Of a stretch of 39,069 nucleotides of DNA, positions 13,453 to 24,796 are shown in pieces. The DNA is taken from assembly GCF_004010195.1 (NCBI RefSeq), contig NW_025214108.1, forward strand, positions 1 through 39,069, in the 5' to 3' direction. Source of the stretch: Chiloscyllium plagiosum. Lineage: Eukaryota. Each line of letters opens with the position of its first letter. The first letter of the stretch is position 1. The notes below the pieces were generated by a model. That model did no database searches, was not told the origin of the DNA, and worked only from the letters and a program-made list of their open reading frames with translations. The translations under genes and the position numbers were made by a program.

Positions 13453-13850
13453 CTTCACTTTCAGATCGGGTATCGTCTCCAGAGCCGCCTTCAGCCCCAG
13501 GGCAGTGGCAGCACCGACCTCGGCGAACAGGTGGTGTCCACAGGCGCGGCCAATCTCGGGCAGAGCGTCATACTCGCACAGGTCACCGACGGCGAGGCCT
13601 CCTGCCGGGGCCCCCAGTCTGCCCTGAACGCCGTGTCCAGGTGGTAGCGAGGCGTCACCCTCCCAGCCGCCGGCGGCCGCGAAGAAGCTGCAGAGGGCGT
13701 CGTGAGCCCGCCTCTCCTGGTAGGCCAGCTCAGGCTCCCTCCACATCTGGTGGCTCAGGGTGGACAGGTCACCGGCTGCACCGTCCACGGCCCGGCACAG
13801 CAGCTCCTGCAGTGCGGCCAAGCCTTCCAGTCCCCTCCCCCCGCCATCAT
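13453..13850 (-). CDS. PM20D2: Peptidase M20 domain-containing 2 (beta-alanyl-lysine dipeptidase-like), exon 1, frameshifted as assembled
   Basis: Translation gives WREPELAYQERRAH...[29 protein letters not shown], matching PM20D2/ACY1L2 motifs ([34 protein letters not shown]). Donor AAG|GTGACA at 13453/13452. ATGATG at 13850-13845 is out of frame, and the segment VTPRYHLDTAFRADW is in a shifted frame. Later exons were not seen in 1-13452. Confidence 0.88.
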
Positions 13851-13899
13851 CACAGCGAAACCTCCCTCTACGGCCTGAGAGGGTCGGCTACAGACTCCG

Positions 13900-14200
13900 G
13901 CCTCTCAGCGAAGAGATGGGGGGGGGGGGGCTCCCACTCCCATCACCAATCAAACGGCCAGATCTGCAGGGCACGTGGCTACACCCTCCCGCTCCTTCTC
14001 CAATCAGCATCTCGCTTCGTGTGGGTGGGGACGGTGATAGCATGCCAATCACCAATAAAACAGCCGGATTGGTGAAGCGTGCGGCTACACCATCCAGCTT
14101 CTCCTCCAATCAACAGCGGCAAGAGTGGGGGCCAGCCCACGCCAGCCTTCCGTCCAATCCGCAGCTAGCTCGATGGGGCGGGGCAGCAGTCTCCAAATAC
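13900..14200 (-). promoter_or_regulatory. PM20D2: PM20D2 promoter (CCAAT-rich CpG island)
   Basis: CCAAT/ATTGG at 13946, 14000, 14045, 14052, 14068, 14106 and 14154; CACGTG at 13972-13977; GC box GGGGCGGGG at 14175-14183. Lies directly upstream of exon 1. Confidence 0.65.
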
Positions 14201-15213
14201 TTCAATCTGTGCAGCTGAAATGCTTCATCATTGGGAACAGATTTGGCTGTGCTCTAAAACAGAAAAAGAAGGAAGCACATGTCAGGTAGAAACAGGATAG
14301 ATTGAGTGAATCCTTAGAAGAGTATAAAGGAAGTAGGAGTATACTTAAGAGGGAAATCAGGAGGGTAAAAAAGGGACAGGAGATAGCTGGCAAATAGAAT
14401 TAAGGAGAATCCAAAGGGATTTTACAAATACATTTAGGACAAAAGGGTAACTCGGGAGAGAATAGGGCCCCTCAAAGATCAGCAAGGCGGCCTTTGTGTG
14501 GAGCCACAGAAAATGGGGGAGATACAAAATGAATATTTTGCATCAGTATTTACTGTGGAAAAGGATATGGAAGATATAGACTGTAGGGAAATAGATGGTG
14601 ACATCTTGCAAAATGTCCAGATTACAGAGGAGGAAGTGCTGGATGTCTTGAAACGGATAAAGGTGGATAGATCCCCAGGACCTGATCAGGTGAATCCGAG
14701 AACTCTGTAGGAAGCTAGAGAAGTGATTGCTGGGCCTCTTGCTGAGATATTTGTATCATCGATAGTCACAGGTGAGGAGCCAGAAGACTGGAGGTTGGCA
14801 AATGTGGTGCCACGCTGTTTAAGAAGGACAGTAAAGACAAGCCAGGAACTACAGACTGGTGAGTCTGACCTCAGTGGTGGACAAGTTGTTGGAGGGAATC
14901 CTGAGGGACAGGATGTACATGTATTTGGAAAGCAAGGACTGATTAGGAATAGTCAACATGACTTTGTGCGTGGGAAATCATGTCTCACAAACTTGATTGA
15001 GTTTTTTGAAGAAGTAACAAAGAAGATTGATGAGGGCAGAGCAGTAGATGTGATCTATATGGACTTCAGTAAGGCGTTCGACAAGGTTCCCCATGGGAGA
15101 CTGATCAGCAAGGTTAGATCTCATGGAATACAGGAAGAACTAGCCATTTGGATACAGAACTGGCACAAAGGTAGAAGACAGAGGGTGGTGGTGGAGGGTT
15201 GACTTTCAGACTG

Positions 15214-15255
15214 NNNNNNNNNNNNNNNNNNNNNNNNNNNNNNNNNNNNNNNNNN
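15214..15255. other. Assembly gap
   Basis: Run of N. Confidence 0.99.
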
Positions 15256-15633
15256 CAGGACTTATACACTTAATGGTAAGGTCCTAGGGAGTGTTGCTGA
15301 ACAAAGAGACCTTGGAGTGCAGGTTCATAGCTCCTTGAAAGTGGAGTTGTAGGTAAATAGGATAGTGAAGGTGGCATTTGGTATGCTTTCCTTTATTGGT
15401 CAGAGTATTGAGTACAGGAGTTGGGAGGTCATGTTGCAGCTGTACAGGACATTAGTTAGGCCACTGTTGGAATATTGTGTGCAATTCTGGTCTCCTTCCT
15501 ATTGGAAAGATGTTGTGAAACTTGAAAGGGTTCAAAAAAGATTTACAAGGATGTTGCCAGTGTTGGAGGATTTGAGCTATAGGGAGAGGCTGAATAGGCT
15601 GGGCCTGTTTTCCCTGGAGCGTCGGAGGCTGAG

Positions 15634-15948
15634 GGGCGGAACGGTGGCACAGTGGTTAGTACTGCTGCCTCACAGTGCAAGAGACCCGGGTTCAATTCCA
15701 GCCTCAGGCGACTCTGATTGGGGTTTGTACATTCTCCTCGTGTCTGCTTGGGTTTCCTCCGGGTGCTCCGGTTTCCTCCCACAGTCCAAAAATGTGCAGG
15801 TTAGGTGAATTGGCCAAGTTAAATTGTCTGTAGTGTTAGGTGAAGGGGTAAATGTAGGGGAATGGGTCTGGGTGGGTTGCGCTTCGGCGGGTCGGTGTGG
15901 ACTTGTTGGGCCGAAGGGCCTGTTTCCACACTGTAAGTAATCTAATCT
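15634..15948 (+). mobile_element. tRNA-derived V-SINE/HE1-like SINE nested in CR1
   Basis: A box TGGCACAGTGG, B box GGTTCAATTCC, V-domain-like ...gggtttcctccgggtgctccggtttcctcccaca, and tail gggcctgtttccacactgt...taatctaatct. Confidence 0.85.
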
Positions 15949-16424
15949 GTAGAGGTTTAAAAAATTATGAGGGGCATGGATAGGATAAATAGACAAAGTC
16001 TTTTCCCTGGAATCGGGGAGTCCAGAACTAGGGGGTATAGGGTGAGAGGGGAAAGATATAAAAGAGACCTAAGGGGCAACTTTGTCACGCAGAGGGGCGG
16101 CACGGTGTATGGAATGAACTGCCAGAGGCTGGTACAATTGCAACATTTAAGAGGCATTTGGATGGGTATATGAATAAGAAGGGTTTGTAGGGATATGGGC
16201 TGGGTGCTGGCAGGTGGGACTAGATTGGGTTGGGATATCTGATCAGTGTGGACAGGTTGGACCGAAGGGTCTGTTTCCATGCTGTACATCTCTATGACTC
16301 TAACTTGTCTCTAAATTTGTCCTGTGCTCTTCAGCAATGCATTGATATTCCTCTTATTGGTGTGACACAGAATATTGAGGTCGGACAGCTGTATTGCATA
16401 AGTTCAACTAACCTCAAAAATAAT

Positions 16425-16741
16425 TAGGTTACTTACAGCATGGAAACAGGCCCTTCGGCCCAACAAGTCCACACCAACCCGCCGAAGCACAACCCACCCA
16501 GACCCATTCACCTAACACTATGGACCCCTTCACCTAACACTATGGACAATTTAGCATGGCCAATTCACCTAACCTGCACATGTTTGGATTGTGGGAGGAA
16601 ACCGGAGCACCCGGAGGAAACCCACGCAGACACGGGGAGAATGTGCAAACTCCACACAGACAGTTGCCTGAGGCGGGAATTGAACCCAGGTCTCTGGCGC
16701 TGTGAGGCAACAGTGCTAACCACTGTGCCACCGTGCCGCCC
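16425..16741 (-). mobile_element. V-SINE/HE1-like SINE
   Basis: Reverse complement of the element at 15634-15948. Confidence 0.85.
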
Positions 16742-16923
16742 CAAATAAAATGAAGAATCCTTGATGGTGGAAATCTGAAAAGTGAAATTGCTAGAGAAAT
16801 GCAGCAGCCCTCACAGTATCTGTGAAGAGAAAACTGTGATAACATTTTGAGTCCTGTGGTGTAGAAGGGTCAGCGGACTTGAAACATTAATGCTGTTTTC
16901 TCTGCACAAATGCAGCCAGATCT

Positions 16924-17536
16924 TGGATGTAAGTTTGCTCGCTGAACTGCAATGTTTCTTTTCAGACGCTTCATCACCATAGTAGGTAACGACCTCAGTG
17001 AGCCTCCAGTGAAGCACTGGTGGTATGGCCCGCTTTTTATTTATGTGCTTAGGTTTCTTTGGGTTGGTAACGTTGTTTCTTGTGGTGATGTCATTTCCAG
17101 TTCGTTTTCTTAGGGGGTGGTAAATGGGAACAAGGCAGTAAATATCTTTACATACAAATGAAGGAGGATTCCACTTCAATTGGGACAACACATCCATCCC
17201 AGGACAAGCCAAACAGAGACATGCATGAGAATTCCTAGAAGCATGGCATTCCAAGCAGAACTCTATCAACAAACACATTGACTTGGATCCCAATTACCAC
17301 CTCTTGAGAAAAAGAACCAGAAATGACATCACCACCAGGAAATGATGTCATCCACTCAAAGACATAATTAAACACATAACTAAAAAGCGGGCCATACTAC
17401 CAGTGCTTCACTGGAGGCTCACTGATGATGTTACCTAGTATGGTGATGATATGTCTGAAAACAAACCTTCAAACTCAGCGAGCAAATTTACATCCAGAAC
17501 CTCAACCTGGGCTACAAATCTTCTCAAAACTGGCTA
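16924..17536. mobile_element. Penelope-like element 3' ends in inverted arrangement, 12-bp TSD
   Basis: 16924-17130 is inverted relative to ~17290-17500. Flanked by GCAGCCAGATCT at 16912-16923 and 17537-17548. Two decayed hammerhead motifs. Confidence 0.85.
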
Positions 17537-17845
17537 GCAGCCAGATCTGCTGAGGCTCTCCAGCAATGTTTGCTCATTTCAACACATCCTTGTACAATGT
17601 ATGCTTGTTTACTGCGCTCTCCAATTGGCCTGCCACCTTCAATGATCAATGACCATGTGTATGGAAGCAAAGGATATGGAGATTAAGTCATTACAGAGGC
17701 TGTAAATTCCATGATTGTAGGGCTGTATCATAGGGGATAACAAAGCCCACCAAGAATCAGATTGAACTAATTGTCACATATATGGAAAGCAATGTAAGAT
17801 CAAGACTCCTGTCTGTCTTTGCAAAGGTGTTGTATATAGTAGATA

Positions 17846-18355
17846 AGCAGGAGGCTGGAAGGACACAGCAAGCCAGCCAGCATCAGGGGGTGAAGTCGAT
17901 GTTTCGGGTGTAACCCTTCTTCAGGACTGGGAGTGGGTGTATGGGGAGCTGCAGATAAAGGGGGTGGCGGGGGTATGGTGGTGGTGGGGATAGGTGAAGA
18001 TAGGTAGAGGGTACGACCTGGTTGGTCAATGGGAAGAATGAATTTGATTGGTGGAAGGGAGGGGGAGGGGTTGGGAAGGGAGTCAGGGGATGGAAAAGGA
18101 CGTTATTTGATATTGGAGAACTCAATGTTGAGTCCTCCCAGCTGTAGACTGAAGATGAGGTGGTGTTCCTCCAATTTGTGGTTTGGTTCATTGTGGCAAT
18201 GAAGGAGGCCAAGGATGGTCATGTCAGAAAGGGAGTGGGTATGGGAATTAAAATGGGTGGTGACTGGGAGGTCTGGTCAGCCCTGTGGGCCCTGCTGAGA
18301 TGCTTGACGAACCATTCCCTAAGTTTATGTTTGGTCTCCCCGATGTAGAGAAGGT
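17846..18355 (-). mobile_element. Penelope-like (Neptune-type) element: GIY-YIG C-terminus and 3' region with hammerhead
   Basis: Minus-strand translation LLYIGETKHKLREWF..H...THFNSHTHSLSDMTILGL...KLEEHHLIF...GLNIEFSN*. Hammerhead agtc-CTGAAGA-a-GGGT-tac-ACCC-GAAA-ca-TC-gact at ~17894-17928. Confidence 0.8.
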
Positions 18356-18415
18356 GTTGTATGTGGCCGAATAATAAAGAGGAAAACCTATGGAGGATAC
18401 ACTACACTATTGTAT

Positions 18416-18530
18416 AGGGAGCTGGCTGAAACGTTGATTCTCCTGCTCCTTGGATGCTGCCTGACCTGCTGTGCTTTTCCAGCACTACACTCTCGACTCT
18501 GAGCTCCAGCATCTGCAGTCACTTTCTCTT
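18416..18530 (+). mobile_element. Short PLE-derived element fragment
   Basis: gaaacgttgattctcctgctccttggatgctgcctgacctgctgtgc..., same family as 37575-37797. Confidence 0.7.
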
Positions 18531-19473
18531 AAAAGAATCAGAGTATGGGGACAAAGTGGGAACAGGTTACTGAGTTGGATGATCAACCATGAACATATTG
18601 AATAATGGAGCAGACTTGAACGGCTGAATGGCTTACTCTTCCTATTTTCTATGTTTCTACGAATATTACCACAAGCAACAATTCCTGCAGGTGTGTGCTT
18701 AGTATCCAGGGAGTTATCATGAGGCTGTTCCACATTTTTGTTTAATTTGTGGGAAGTGGGAATCGCTGTCTGGGCCAACATTTATTGCCTGTCTCTAATT
18801 GCCCACGGTGTTAGTGAGCTTCTGTTCATGTGCTGTTGCAAATATACAAGGAAAACATAAATAGAAGCTTTAACAGATTGGGAGAAACCATGTGACTTGT
18901 ATAAAGTGCTATATTTGTGACAAGTGTCAGGTGGTACAGAAGGTCGATAACAATAAGAACTTTAATGTTCTTTCATCTGTCTTTTTCAACCACCATGTCT
19001 TGCTTTCACCTCAGCAGCCCAAGCTGTTCCTTAAGAAGTCCACTGGTTGCTTTGTCAGCTTACCTCAGATGGCTTGGTAGGTGTCCTCTGGTAGTCCAGG
19101 ATCTAACAGGTTCTGGCCTGCTGAAGGTCATCAGTACAGGTGTAGGTGCAAACTTCTTACCTAGAATCTGAAGAAAGTGCTTGGTCTCTCTGACATAGTG
19201 GAGATCTAATGGCAGGGCACCTATGGAATGTCCTGTGATACCAATTCCAAGGTGAAAGTGAGTACTGAAGGTGCTGGAGTTTAGAGTTAAGAGTGTATGG
19301 CTGGAAAAGCACAGCAGGTCAAGCAGCATTGAGGAGCAGGAAACCTCTTGACACCAATCCCTAGGTGTCTGTCTGTTGCTCATCATGCTGGTTCAAATGC
19401 CTCCTTCCTTGTCAGATAAAGGGAGATCAAACCAGTGAATTAATTCAGCCATCTCTCTGAGTTTGCCATTTTA

Positions 19474-20860
19474 GAGAAGATTTGTAGTTCAGGTTGTAGA
19501 CCAAGTTGTAAGTTTGCTCACTGAGCTGGTAGATTTGATCTCAGATGTTTCAACACCATACTAGGTAACATCATCAGTGAGCCTCCGATGAATCGTTGAT
19601 GTTCTGTCCTGCTTGCTATTTATGTTTCTGTTATGGTGGGTGATATCACTTCCAGTTCTGTTTCTGAGAGGTTGGAATTGGGGTCCAAATCGATATGTTT
19701 GTTAATGGAGTTCTGGTTTGAATGCCAGGCTTCTAGGAATTCCTGTGCATGCCTTTGTTTAGCCTGTGCCAGGATAGATGAATTGTCCTAGTCAAACTGG
19801 TATCCATCTTTGTCTGTGTGTCTGGATACCAGTGACAGTTGGTCATGTCTTTTGGTGGCTAGTTGATGCTCATGTATCCTAGTGGCTAGTTTCCTGCCGG
19901 TTTGTCCAATGTAATGTTTGTTAAGTCCTTGCAGGGTATTTTGTATAAGACATTTGTTCTGTTGGTTGTTGGTAAGGGGTCCTTTAAATTCATCAGGAGC
20001 TGGTTCAGTGTCGTGGTAGGTTTGTGGGCTACTATGATGCCTAGGGCCAGAGTAGTCTGGTCATCATCTCCAATATGTCTTTGATGTATGGCAGGGTGGC
20101 TAGAGTCTCTGGACTTCTTGTGTCTTCCTGTTTAGATCTGTTGTGCAGGAATCAATGCAGGAATTGGCAGATTGCACATTATCAGGTACCCATTGTTTCT
20201 GAATATGTTCTACCGGTGTTTTTCCTCAGCTTCTCATTGTTCCTGGGTGCGGCTAAGTGTTGTGGCTTGTTTAAATAATGTCCTGTTGCAGCTTCGTTTG
20301 TGGATATTGGGATGATTGCTCTTGTAGTTGAGTGTCTGGTCAGTGTGTGTGGCTTTTCTGAAAAAGCTGGTCTGCAGCTCTACAATGGCTTTTCGTTCTA
20401 CCGTGATGTCCAGGAAGGGGAGTCTGTTGTTGTTTGCTTCCACTTTGGTGAACTTTATACTAGTAAGGATGTTGTTTATGTGTTTGTGGGTTTCTTCTGA
20501 TTTGTTGCGTTTTGTGATGACATACATATAGTGGACCTGAAGCTAGAGGAACACCAGTTTGTCTGGGACAATACATCCATCCTGGGACAGACTAAACAAA
20601 GAACATGCGGGAATTCCTAAAGGCCTGGCATTCAAACCGTAACTCCATTTACAAACACATAGATATGGACCCCATTTACCAACCTCTCAGAAACTGAAAA
20701 GGAAGTGATATCACCCACCACAACAGACCAAGACACATAAATAGCAAGTGGGACAGAACACCAATGCTTCATTGGAGGCTCGCTGATGATGTAACTTAGT
20801 TTGGTGACGAAACATCTGAGAACAAATCTATCAGCCCAGCAAGCAAACTTAAGACCTGAT
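19474..20860 (-). mobile_element. Penelope-like (Poseidon-type) retroelement: RT C-terminus + GIY-YIG, with inverted pseudo-LTR at 20541-20860
   Basis: ORF 20234-20527 has IKFTKVEANNNRLPFLD...RKATHTDQTLNYKSNHP..HKRSC.RTLF. ~19850-19960 encodes NVLYKIPC...HYIGQTGRKLATRIHEH. 20560-20850 is an inverted copy of 19510-19800. Hammerhead motifs at ~19543-19578(-) and 20783-20816(+). Confidence 0.9.
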
Positions 20861-22314
20861 CACTCTGTGTGATGGAGTGAAAGTTCCTGTGCATGTACAG
20901 CCTGACCTCTCTGCCCTTTTCTCCAGTCTACACGTGATCTCTAGTACTTCTGTAAGGCAACATCTTGCTTGCCTTGTATCTCCCTTAAATCATTAATGGC
21001 TGAGTCCGGAAGGTTACCATCTGCACTGTACTGGGCTCAACAGGAGCCTATTCCTCAGCAGTTTTCCAAATGATAAGAGACTTCAGCCCTTTCTTCCTCC
21101 TCTCCTGCAACCCATGTCAGCGCTGAACTCATCTGAGCCTATTCTCTATACATAATCCATATACATCATTACAGTGCTGAAGAGTGGGGAGGAAATTCTT
21201 CACAGGGCATCTTCTGCAGATCGTGCCTTCTTCTCATAAGAGGTGTAGCTCAAGGAACTAGCAGAAGAGGGACTTGTAAACTTTTAATTATTTTTGTGCT
21301 AGCTTTGGAGTACGATTCAAAGGCTGCAAAGGAAACCATAACGATTTTTTTAGTACCACAAGCTGTGACTCTTAACTAAGATTACATTAAGATTGGATGC
21401 TTTTTTTTAAGATTTTTGGGTTCACTTTAGCTTCACTTCTAAGATCTAAGTCAATTATAATTACTGACCAAGTTCAGATAGCCATCTAAAAGCTTTTTGG
21501 TCCTTTTTAGTTGCAAGGCCCAGTCCAGGTAATAGTATATTTTCAGAATGTTTATCATGACAAGTAAAAAGTAACAAATACTTGATAAACACACTGGTTT
21601 CAGTCAAACCAACTTGGGGTAGCAGAGTGCCACACTGGTTAACTTGGTACAGAATCCTTTTTTTCTTCTGTTGACAGAAGTTTTAATTCAAGAAAGATGA
21701 AGATATAGTTCTTAGGACTAAAGGGATCAAAGGATATGGGGAGAAAGTGGGAACGGGGTACTGATCAACCATGGATCACATTGAATAGCAGAAAAGACTC
21801 AAAGAAATGGCCTATTCTGCTCCTGTATTCTGTGTTTCTACATTTCTTCCCATATTCTTCCTTTGGTACACTGAACCACGAAAAATTACTGCTTATTAAT
21901 CCTTGTTAAGCACTACCTCTTATGTATGACCAGAGACAGCCTAAACTCTAATTTTTTGCTAACTCATGGACAGCACATGATCTATATTACACAACGCTTT
22001 GCGAAAGTAAGTGCTTTATTCCTGTCACTTTACGGGGCCGTTCATGAAAAAAATGGCTGAAAAATTAAACTTCTGTCTTTCTATCATGACACTGAGTTCA
22101 GCAGAAACTGACAAATGCTCTTGTGATTGTAGAAGCTGTTCGGGACCTTGTTTAATGCTGGGATTTCATGTTTTTATGTGATGGTAAGGACTTAGCCCTT
22201 CTCAGTTTAACCTGAGATTTGCAGGATGTAAAGATTAGTTTGTTTAAATAGCAGACTCATCAAAATTACAGATTTAAACAAACTCTCTGGTAGAGCACAG
22301 CATGAGATCAGTAT

Positions 22315-22388
22315 TGTTATTCGAATAATCAATTATCCGAACAAAATACAGCCTGCCCATCTTGTTCGGATAATCAAGGTTCCTCTGT
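22315..22388. mobile_element. Pogo/Tigger-like DNA transposon terminus remnant
   Basis: 13-bp inverted repeat ATTATCCGAACAA (22332-22344) / TTGTTCGGATAAT (22362-22374), followed by caaggttcctctgt, which resembles a pogo-type TIR. Confidence 0.4.
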
Positions 22389-24630
22389 TAATTAATAAAT
22401 ACATATAAAGCAATCAAATCAATTATAGGACTAGAAAATTTGCTCTGGAGCCTAATTCCAAAGTATTATAAATACATACAACAGTAACACAAATGCATGC
22501 ATATACCCTGCTACATACTTTTTCTTTTAAATGTGGTGTACAAATTTACAAAAGTAAACCATTCTAAAGTATAAAGAGCTGCGTCCTGAGTAAAAGCTGT
22601 GTTCACTTTAAAACCATCTACACATTTGTCCTTGTGATTAGCAAACTATAATGCTGTCACTTCACTTAACAAGTGTTTAACCTGGGCCATGAAACAGTAA
22701 TAAAACCATAAACCTTATTACAGAAAGTGCTCCACAACTAAAGAGTATAATTTAATTCCTCACTTACTGAATCAAATAATTAGTTATTGAAAACATAACT
22801 CATTGCTTGGTAAGAACTGGGATACTTTCTCACTAGATGGCTGCAGACATCCCCTTCCTCCCTTGGTGACCTGCCAGCTCTGTGGCCTGCTCCTGAAAAG
22901 AGTTCAGCATCCTCATGCCAGGCATCCTCCCACCCCCACCGTTTGCACATATTCACACTTATTCAGTACATTTTCCTCCTGCAAAAGGAGAGAAGCATTA
23001 AGAGACATTAAAATGAAAAAAAAAGTATGACAGATGCTGGAGACCTGAAACAAAAACAGAAATTGCTGGTAAAACTCACCAGGTCTGGCAGCATGTTTGG
23101 GGAGAAATGTTTTGGACTCAAAACATTAAATCTGCTTTTTTGTGTTTTAAGTAGCCCAATTAAATCAAGTTGTGGATGGATAAATATCACTTTTCAGGTC
23201 TGTGTTCTATGAATTTAAAAGATCTCAGTAACAATTTCATTGAGTCTATTAATAAGAAATGTAGTTGATAAAATAATGTTTGCACAAAGCATCTGATATA
23301 TTAGAATATAGTCCCAGAATAGATGGTTTTGTCTGTCATTCCTGTTCTGCTTCTTTTCCATAAAAATGACCTTGTTCACTCATCACCCAACGTTTTGTTA
23401 ATTATTTTATTCAATGTACATCAGCTTCCTTCAGATTGTATTCCCTCAATGTACAAATACTTAATTTCTCTTGCAGTACAGTAAGTGAATTACTAAATTT
23501 TTAACTTATCTATGCCTGTGGGTATAATTTTCTTCATTTACTAACATTTGCAAAAGAAAAGTCAATGTAATCGAGTTTTCGGAGAGATTGTTTTCATATC
23601 TCTTGAAAATCTGTAATATCTTATGTTGATGATTTTACTCTTCATTCTTCTTCATCTGTTGTCATTCTTAATCCGTTGGCACGTAAGCTTTATTATTTCC
23701 TCCAGATCTCATATGGAATTCTCATATCTCCATTGGTCTTAAAGCAGCAACCAAAAAGCTCCAGTTCCTTTTTGGTGTCCGATGATAATTTCCTTAACAA
23801 TTTCCATTTAACTTTCCATGAAGCTGGAATCTATTTGAATAGTGCTTTCATTTCTGGGGAGAATGTTCTGGCAAATGTCTTGAACTCCTAGGCAATATAT
23901 ACATATATATGAATAACTTGTTAGCAGAGTGTAACAATTCTCTCACTTCTACTGACAAAATTGCATTTTCTACAGATAGTTATGTAGAAGTGGTAGAGGT
24001 GGGTACAATTGCAACATTTAAAAGAAACTTGGACGTGAATAGGAAAGATTTAGAAGGGTATGGGCCAAAAGGTTAGAGGGATATGGGACTAGTTAAATTT
24101 AGGATATCTAGTTGGCATGAACAAGTTGGACCAAAGGATCTGTTTCCATGCTGTATGTCTCTATTATGCTAGGTTTTACACAGCTCATCACGGTGAGAAT
24201 CATGGAGGTTCCCTATTGAATCATACCTCCCATTTCCTCAGAAAACCACGCAGCAAAACCTGTTCAGTTTGTGTGCAACCTCTATCATTTAAGGGGAGAA
24301 GGGAGGAGGGTGTCTTCATTAATGAGCACTCTGTGCCTGATCAAGGAACAGAGAATCAGAAAAAGGGAATCCGAAAGCCACTTTCTGCCCTTGCCTCAAG
24401 TCGCTTTCCACTCCCATGACTCCAATTCAACCTTTGCGCACCTATGACCAGGTCTTCTTCTGCAATATTTTATAGCTTTATGAGCTTCCAGCCAATCAGA
24501 TTATTGCAAGTTCTGCTACTTGGGATCTCAATGCAGGAAAGGTCTGATAGTAATAATTGATGAGGGTTCCCAACCGTTCTCTGTGAGGGAGACTTTCACT
24601 GGCCTGACAAAATGCAGGCCTTAGTTTTAA

Positions 24631-24796
24631 GTCATGATTTGGAGATGCCGGTGTTGGACTGGGGTGTACAAAATTAAAAATCACACAATACCAGGTTATC
24701 GTCCAATAGGTTTAATTGGAAGCATTAGCTTTCGGAACGCTGCTCCTTCACCACCTGATGAAGGAGCAGTGTTCCGAAAGTGAGTACGATTTTTAA
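24631..24796. mobile_element. Short inverted PLE-derived element, 11-bp TSD
   Basis: Flanked by CTTAGTTTTAA (24620-24630 and 24797-24807). Internal inverted repeat 24729-24750 / 24759-24780 contains hammerhead stem II. Confidence 0.75.

Larger units (their letters stand above)
14257..16301 (+). mobile_element. CR1-clade LINE, 5'-truncated, with N-gap and nested SINE
   Basis: ORF 14723-15202 has QHDFVRGKSCLTNLIEFFEEVT...VDVIYMDFSKAFDKVPH (RT); 15365+ has YRTLVRPLLEYCVQFWSP; tail ctgtacatctctatgactct. Confidence 0.92.

Noticed and set aside
13408..13821. The 137-aa ORF as a complete protein
   Set aside because: It starts at TTG, runs past the splice donor at 13453 and includes a wrong-frame internal segment.
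13446..14218. Plus-strand ORFs 13446-14075 (209 aa) and 13760-14218
   Set aside because: Antisense shadows of the GC-rich PM20D2 exon and promoter, with low-complexity translations and no recognisable homology.
15634..15710. tRNA gene (also ~16670-16741 and ~35755-35826)
   Set aside because: The A/B boxes belong to SINE heads that continue into a V-domain and tail.
14498..15808. Functional reverse transcriptase gene
   Set aside because: A 5'-truncated CR1 with stops, frameshifts, an assembly gap and a SINE insertion.
22237..22284. 13-bp inverted repeat AGTTTGTTTAAAT/ATTTAAACAAACT
   Set aside because: Short, AT-rich and isolated; no support for a pre-miRNA or a mobile element.
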